DNA of 64,000 nt from contig JBFXJJ010000001.1 in the NCBI GenBank assembly GCA_050175015.1, forward strand, positions 160,001 through 224,000. The letters are read 5' to 3'. This document shows, piece after piece, positions 58,992-64,000 of this stretch. The position numbers and the translations under genes were made by a program. Numbering within the stretch: position 1 is the first letter of the stretch; each line of letters opens with the position of its first letter. The notes beneath the pieces are model-generated. The model ran no database searches, had not been told where the DNA came from, and was given only the letters and a program-made list of their open reading frames with translations. Origin of the DNA: Alphaproteobacteria bacterium. GTDB lineage: Bacteria > Pseudomonadota > Alphaproteobacteria > JBFXJJ01.

Positions 58992-60857
58992 ATGTCAGAT
59001 AAAGTTAAATATGATGTTATTGTCGTCGGTGGTGGACACGCTGGGTGTGAAGCTGCTGCCTCTTCTGCTCGTATGGGAGCAAAAACACTTTTGGCAACTC
59101 ATAAAATAAGCACTCTCGGTGAAATGTCGTGTAACCCTGCTATCGGAGGTCTGGGTAAAGGACATCTGGTTAGAGAAATAGATGCTCTAGATGGGTTAAT
59201 GGCACGTGTTATTGATAAGGCTGGTATTCAGTTTCGTATGCTTAACAGCTCCAGAGGAGCTGCAGTACAAGGTCCTAGAGCCCAAGCAGACCGTGAACTT
59301 TATCGTCAGGCTATGCAGTCAGAACTCTTAAATTATAATAATCTTGATGTCTTAGAAGCTGATATTGAAGGATTAGAAGTAGATTTTGAGAACAAACAGG
59401 TTTTAGGTGTTAAAACGGCTGAAGGAAAAGTTATTTATGCTGGAGCAGTTATTTTAACAACGGGGACTTTTTTAAAAGGTCTAATGCATTTTGGTCCTGA
59501 AAAAATTGTAGGCGGTAGAATCAATGATATTTCTTGCGATGGAATTTCTCCTGATTTAATAAAATGCGGACTAACGGTAGGCAGACTTAAAACTGGCACT
59601 CCTCCTAGACTTGATGGCAGGACAATAGATTGGAGCCAAACAGCTATTCAAGAAGGTGATAACCCCCCTATTCCATTTTCTTTTATGACTAAAGAAATCA
59701 AAACAAAACAAATAATGTGTAATATCACCCATACGAATGAAGAGACTAATCAAATTATTAAAGATAATCTTTTTCAGGCACCTCTTTTTTCAGGTCAAAT
59801 TAAAGGAATTGGTCCTAGATACTGCCCAAGTATTGAAGATAAAATTGTTAAGTTTTCAGATAAGAAAAGCCATCAGATTTTCTTAGAACCAGAAGGTTTA
59901 AACGATGATACGATTTATCCAAACGGTATTTCAACATCGCTTCCCCAAACGGTTCAAATGCAGATTTTAAAAACAATACCTGGATTAGAAAATGCGGTAA
60001 TGCTTAGACCTGGTTATGCTATTGAATATGATTATGTAGATCCAAGAGAGATGAAAGCAACCCTTGAAACCAAAAAAGTAAAAGGCTTATTTTTAGCAGG
60101 ACAAATTAATGGTACTACTGGTTATGAAGAAGCTGCGGCTTTAGGTTTGATTGCAGGAATTAATGCGGCTTTGTTAGCATCTGGCTCTGATAATACCTTC
60201 ATCGTTGATCGTGCGACGGGTTATATCGGAGTAATGATTGATGATTTAATAACTAAAGGGGTTGATGAACCATATCGTATGTTTACATCTCGGGCGGAGT
60301 ATCGTCTTACTTTGCGTGCCGATAATGCCGATCGTCGGTTGACACCAGCAGGCATAAAAATTGGTTGTGTAGGTAAAGAACGTCAAAAAGCATTTGAAGA
60401 AAAAGATGCTAACCTAACAAAAGGTTATAACCTTGTTAATAGTTTAGAAATATCGCCTTCCAAACTAAAGTTATATGGAATAGAAATTAAACAAGATGGC
60501 ATTAAAAGAACGGCTTTTGAATTATTGTCTTTTAGAGATATAACATTAGATCATTTATGCAATATTTGGCCAGAACTAAAAGATTTAGATTCTATCACTT
60601 TAGAGCAGATAAAAGTTGAAGGACAATATTTTGGCTATCTGAAGAGACAAGAAAGTGATATTGAAGCATTTAAGCGTGATGAAAATTTAAAGATACCAGA
60701 AAACTTTAATTATGATTTAGTTGGCGGACTATCAAATGAAGTTAAAAGCAAATTGAAAAAAGTTATGCCGAATACGATTGGTGTAGCATCACGTATTCCA
60801 GGGATTACACCATCGGCTGTTAGCGCCGTTATGGTTGCCGTAAAAAAATGTGGCTAG
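58992..60857 (+). CDS. mnmG: tRNA uridine 5-carboxymethylaminomethyl modification enzyme MnmG (GidA)
   Basis: [52 protein letters not shown]. Confidence 0.99.
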   Translation: MSDKVKYDVIVVGGGHAGCEAAASSARMGAKTLLATHKISTLGEMSCNPAIGGLGKGHLVREIDALDGLMARVIDKAGIQFRMLNSSRGAAVQGPRAQADRELYRQAMQSELLNYNNLDVLEADIEGLEVDFENKQVLGVKTAEGKVIYAGAVILTTGTFLKGLMHFGPEKIVGGRINDISCDGISPDLIKCGLTVGRLKTGTPPRLDGRTIDWSQTAIQEGDNPPIPFSFMTKEIKTKQIMCNITHTNEETNQIIKDNLFQAPLFSGQIKGIGPRYCPSIEDKIVKFSDKKSHQIFLEPEGLNDDTIYPNGISTSLPQTVQMQILKTIPGLENAVMLRPGYAIEYDYVDPREMKATLETKKVKGLFLAGQINGTTGYEEAAALGLIAGINAALLASGSDNTFIVDRATGYIGVMIDDLITKGVDEPYRMFTSRAEYRLTLRADNADRRLTPAGIKIGCVGKERQKAFEEKDANLTKGYNLVNSLEISPSKLKLYGIEIKQDGIKRTAFELLSFRDITLDHLCNIWPELKDLDSITLEQIKVEGQYFGYLKRQESDIEAFKRDENLKIPENFNYDLVGGLSNEVKSKLKKVMPNTIGVASRIPGITPSAVSAVMVAVKKCG

Positions 60858-60910
60858 TTTTTAAATGTATAATCTTTAAAAAGTATAATGCATTGCTTTT
60901 CATTAATGTT

Positions 60911-61103
60911 CATATAAAAGTTTTATTTTTACTTTTACAAAAGTAAAAACAGTCTGTTAAGACTTGCCTTAAGGCAAAAATTATAAATTTTAATAACACG
61001 TTATTTTGCTTCGCATATTAAGGATTTTTTCAAAAAATCCTTAATAATCCTTAAACTTTATTTATAAGAAAAACTACCTGTTAAGGTTTACCGTAAGGCA
61101 AAA
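60911..61103 (+). repeat. Dispersed modular repeat (copy 6; A-linker-B-spacer-C-linker-B')
   Basis: CATATAAAAGTTTTATTTTTACTTTTACAAAAGTAAAAAC, CTTGCCTTAAGGCAA, GCTTCGCATATTAAGGATTTTTTCAAAAAATCCTTAATAATCCTTAA, ACTACCTGTTAAGGTTTACCGTAAGGCAAAA. Confidence 0.85.
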
Positions 61104-62069
61104 GCATAAATTTAGTATCTAGCAACTTAAATGACTTTATGCTCTAATAATTTAGACACAAATTTTTTTTAAAAAATAAGAAAACATTTAGATTAAATAA
61201 AAATATGGCACCCAATTTTTTTAAATAGCTTCTGAATAGTTAAGAATAATGATTTCTAAGTGCAGCTTAAATTAGCTTTTTATCGTGGCATTATTTTATC
61301 ATTAAATTGGTTCAGAAATTATATCTTATATATAGTATTTTCTTATATAAATTAGCATAATTGATGCTATATATAGCTAAAATCAGTAAAAAAATCATAT
61401 AAATTAATAGCTTATAATTACAGTTCAAAATAATACCTATGTAGTTAATTATTTCGTATATTATATGATTATAAAAAATAAAGTTAAAAAATAGTTATAT
61501 GTGTGCTTCACAAATTTAAAAAAATAATTAAAAGATATTCCTTTAATTAGGCATCATTTAGAACTGGTTTTTACAAAAAATGGAATTTTTTAAGCAAAGA
61601 TTTTTTAAAAATGAAATCTGAAAAGTTTAAGTAATTAGTCTAAATTTTTTTGAAATTATAAAATATTTATGTTTAAACAGAAAATTTGATGAAGCTAAAA
61701 ATTCTTTGGAAATAGAAATCGGTCAGAAAATAGAAAAATTTTAAGAAAAAAATTTTTTATTCAAGGAAAGTTTTTTCAAGAAATTTAAAATACAATTACA
61801 AAAAATTACTATAAAAAATAAAACGCCACAAATTTTCCCCTCAATTTTTACCTTAAAAAAGAGCCAAATAAAATTGATTATTAATAATTTTTTAATTTTT
61901 GCTTTAAAAGGTATCGTAAGCCTCAAATTATAATTAACTAAAAAACAGCTAATATTATCAAATAAAGCTTAAGACAAAGAGAAGTATAGATAAAAAATTG
62001 TTAGTGCTGTTTAAAAAACTATTGACCAGATTCGCAAAACGTGTTTTTATAATACTAGGTATTTAGCGT

Positions 62070-62085
62070 TGTTTCACGTGAAACA
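62070..62085. promoter_or_regulatory. parS site
   Basis: TGTTTCACGTGAAACA. Confidence 0.95.
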
Positions 62086-62351
62086 ATCATAGGTTGTGAA
62101 CGATATTCATATAAAAATTAGGAAAATAAGATAAAGAATACATAGTTCAATAGATTGATAATTTCGATATATTAATTATATCATAATTAAAACAAAATCT
62201 ATATTTTGTTGAATTTTGAGAAAAATATCTATATTTAGATTTAAATTTTTTAAAATAAATTTAAAGAAAATAAATGACAAAGCGTTGTGCGATTTTGATT
62301 TTTTTAATTAGATATAATTTTTAAGGCAAATTATAGGATAAATAAGCTCAA

Positions 62352-62999
62352 GTGGTTGTAAATCAGAATAAAAAAAATGATTTTTTGCAGAAAATGCCTG
62401 TTTCACGTGAAACAGAAAATAAACTTGAGTGCTATTTAGAAACACTTATTAAGTGGAATAGCAAAATTAATCTAGTTTCGCAAAAAACCATTGAAAATGC
62501 TTGGGAAAGACACTTTTTAGACTCGGCGCAGTTGGTTAAATACATTCCTGAAAATACTAAAAAAGTCGTTGATATTGGTTCTGGTGCGGGATTTCCTGGA
62601 GTCGTGCTTGCTACTCTTAAGGGTGATTTCAATCTTGATTTTGAGACTAATTTAGTGGAGAGCGATTCGCGAAAATGTGCCTTTTTGCAAGAGGTTGTAC
62701 GAGTCTGCGATGTGTCAAAAGTTAGGATTTTCAATAGTCGAATCGAGAAAAATAAAGATTTAAACGGTGATGTTGTAACGGCTAGAGCTTTGGCAGATCT
62801 TAATCTTTTGCTTGATTATTCATATAATTATATTACTAAATATGGTAAATATATTTTTCTTAAAACACAAAATATAGATAAAGAATTGCATGAAGCTCAA
62901 AAGAGCTGGATTTTTGATTATAGTTTAGAGCCGAGTATAACTGATGAAAATGGTGCCATAATTATTGTTGAAAATTTAAAAAAAATAGAAAAAGGGTGA
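62352..62999 (+). CDS. rsmG: 16S rRNA (guanine527-N7)-methyltransferase
   Basis: KWN..INLVS, RHFLDS, DIGSGAGFPG, VTARA. Confidence 0.96.
   Translation: MVVNQNKKNDFLQKMPVSRETENKLECYLETLIKWNSKINLVSQKTIENAWERHFLDSAQLVKYIPENTKKVVDIGSGAGFPGVVLATLKGDFNLDFETNLVESDSRKCAFLQEVVRVCDVSKVRIFNSRIEKNKDLNGDVVTARALADLNLLLDYSYNYITKYGKYIFLKTQNIDKELHEAQKSWIFDYSLEPSITDENGAIIIVENLKKIEKG
62399..62414. promoter_or_regulatory. parS site within rsmG (encodes VSRET)
   Basis: TGTTTCACGTGAAACA. Confidence 0.93.
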
Positions 63000-63079
63000 G
63001 CTAATTTATATGAGAATATGTTTTTTTATATTCTGTTAAAATAGCTAGATTTTATAACTAAAATATAAGGATTTTAGAT

Positions 63080-63904
63080 ATGAGTGATGAGAATAATTCT
63101 TATAATGAAACCAAAATGCCAAGAGTTATAGCTGTTGCTAATCGCAAGGGCGGTGTTGGTAAAACTACAACGGCAATTAATCTTGCAACTGCGATTGCCG
63201 CAGTTAAAAAGAAAGTGCTGGTTATAGATATTGATCCTCAAGGAAATGCTTCAACTTCTATGGGTATTAAAAGGCGTTCTAGAGCCATTACCTCCTATGA
63301 AGTTTTAATGGGAGACCGCAGATTATCTGATGCTATAATCTGGACGAGTATCCCAAATTTCTCAATAATTCCTTCTTCTCCTGACTTGGCGGGCGCTGAA
63401 GTTGAGCTAGTAAGTATGGAAAATAGAGAATTTTTCTTAGCAAATGCCTTAAAAACGGGTGCTGGATTATACGATTATGTAATTATTGATTGCCCTCCTA
63501 GCCTAAATTTTATTACAATTAATGCATTGGTTGCAGCAGATTCAGTTTTGGTTCCTCTGCAATGTGAGTTTTTAGCTTTGGAAGGAATTAGCGATTTAAT
63601 TCAGAATGTTGAAAGAATTAAAAAGAATTTTAATCCTAAGCTAGAATTACACGGCGTTGTTTTGACTATGTTTGATAAGAGAAATAATTTGTCAGCTATG
63701 GTTGAAGAAGATGTTAGAAATTATTTTGGAGATAAAGTTTATAAAACGGTAATTCCTCGTAATGTTAGAATTTCAGAGGCACCGTCTCATGGTAAACCAG
63801 TATTGCTGTATGATTGGCGTTCTGTTGGTGCTACAGCATATATAAATTTGGCAAGTGAACTGCTTAAACGAGAAAGAAAAATAATGAAGGAGAAAGTAGC
63901 ATGA
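63080..63904 (+). CDS. parA: Chromosome partitioning ATPase ParA/Soj
   Basis: KGGVGKTTT, DIDPQGNAS, IDCPPSL, QCEF.ALEG, IPRNVRISEAPSHG. Confidence 0.97.
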   Translation: MSDENNSYNETKMPRVIAVANRKGGVGKTTTAINLATAIAAVKKKVLVIDIDPQGNASTSMGIKRRSRAITSYEVLMGDRRLSDAIIWTSIPNFSIIPSSPDLAGAEVELVSMENREFFLANALKTGAGLYDYVIIDCPPSLNFITINALVAADSVLVPLQCEFLALEGISDLIQNVERIKKNFNPKLELHGVVLTMFDKRNNLSAMVEEDVRNYFGDKVYKTVIPRNVRISEAPSHGKPVLLYDWRSVGATAYINLASELLKRERKIMKEKVA

Positions 63905-64000
63905 GTGATAACAAGCGTCGCAATTTAGGAAGAGGTTTAAACGCCCTGCTCGGTTCAGACGAAGAAGAAAACCAAATAATGAGTGGTGAACAACTGACAA
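63901..64000 (+). CDS. parB: ParB (partial, runs off the window)
   Basis: ATG at 63901 overlaps the parA stop; MSDNKRRNLGRGLNALLG is the ParB N-terminal motif. Confidence 0.9.
   Translation, partial: MSDNKRRNLGRGLNALLGSDEEENQIMSGEQLT

Noticed and set aside
1-61103. Palindromic repeats as a CRISPR array
   Set aside because: Copies are kilobases apart, in mixed orientation, with no regular spacers and no cas genes.
61741-61926. 61-aa minus-strand ORF in the mnmG-rsmG gap
   Set aside because: Low-complexity K/F/I/L composition typical of random AT-rich DNA; no RBS or motif.
62022-62053. TTGACC...TATAAT promoter near parS
   Set aside because: The spacer is 20 bp, too long for a standard sigma70 promoter.
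62399-62414. parS inside rsmG as a novelty
   Set aside because: The VSRET-encoding parS in alphaproteobacterial rsmG/gidB is a known feature.

Overview
AT-rich bacterial chromosome segment, clearly alphaproteobacterial by gene order and protein signatures (rph-rdgB-hemW, lpoA-rsmI-yraN-gshB-comM, smr-mltA-tim44-secB, dnaQ-coaE-aroE-maf | rho-mnmE-mnmG-rsmG-parA-parB). It probably belongs to a reduced or host-associated lineage (inference). The window contains the probable replication origin (maf-rho gap with DnaA boxes), three perfect parS palindromes, and the heat-shock genes dnaK/dnaJ/grpE/hslVU with shared RpoH-type promoters. Accessory content: (i) a selenium-dependent molybdenum-hydroxylase maturation/Moco cluster (selD, yqeB, xdhC, moaA/C, moeA, MOSC-MogA, modE), whose best ModE-box promoter lies on the far side of modE; (ii) a SUKH/YrhA-type immunity gene directly upstream of an unusual HNH-nuclease + alpha/beta-hydrolase fusion; (iii) two tandem GshB paralogs with complementary loss of motifs, plus a non-CGFS glutaredoxin; (iv) tandem secreted HExxH proteins, a triad-less trypsin-like lipoprotein and tandem RMD1 genes; (v) a MerR/aldo-keto reductase/flavoprotein cassette; (vi) a dispersed modular multi-hairpin repeat family (7 copies) and one good sRNA candidate. 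I saw no rRNA, tRNA, CRISPR array or transposase. All calls come from reading the sequence and motifs by eye; no searches were run.
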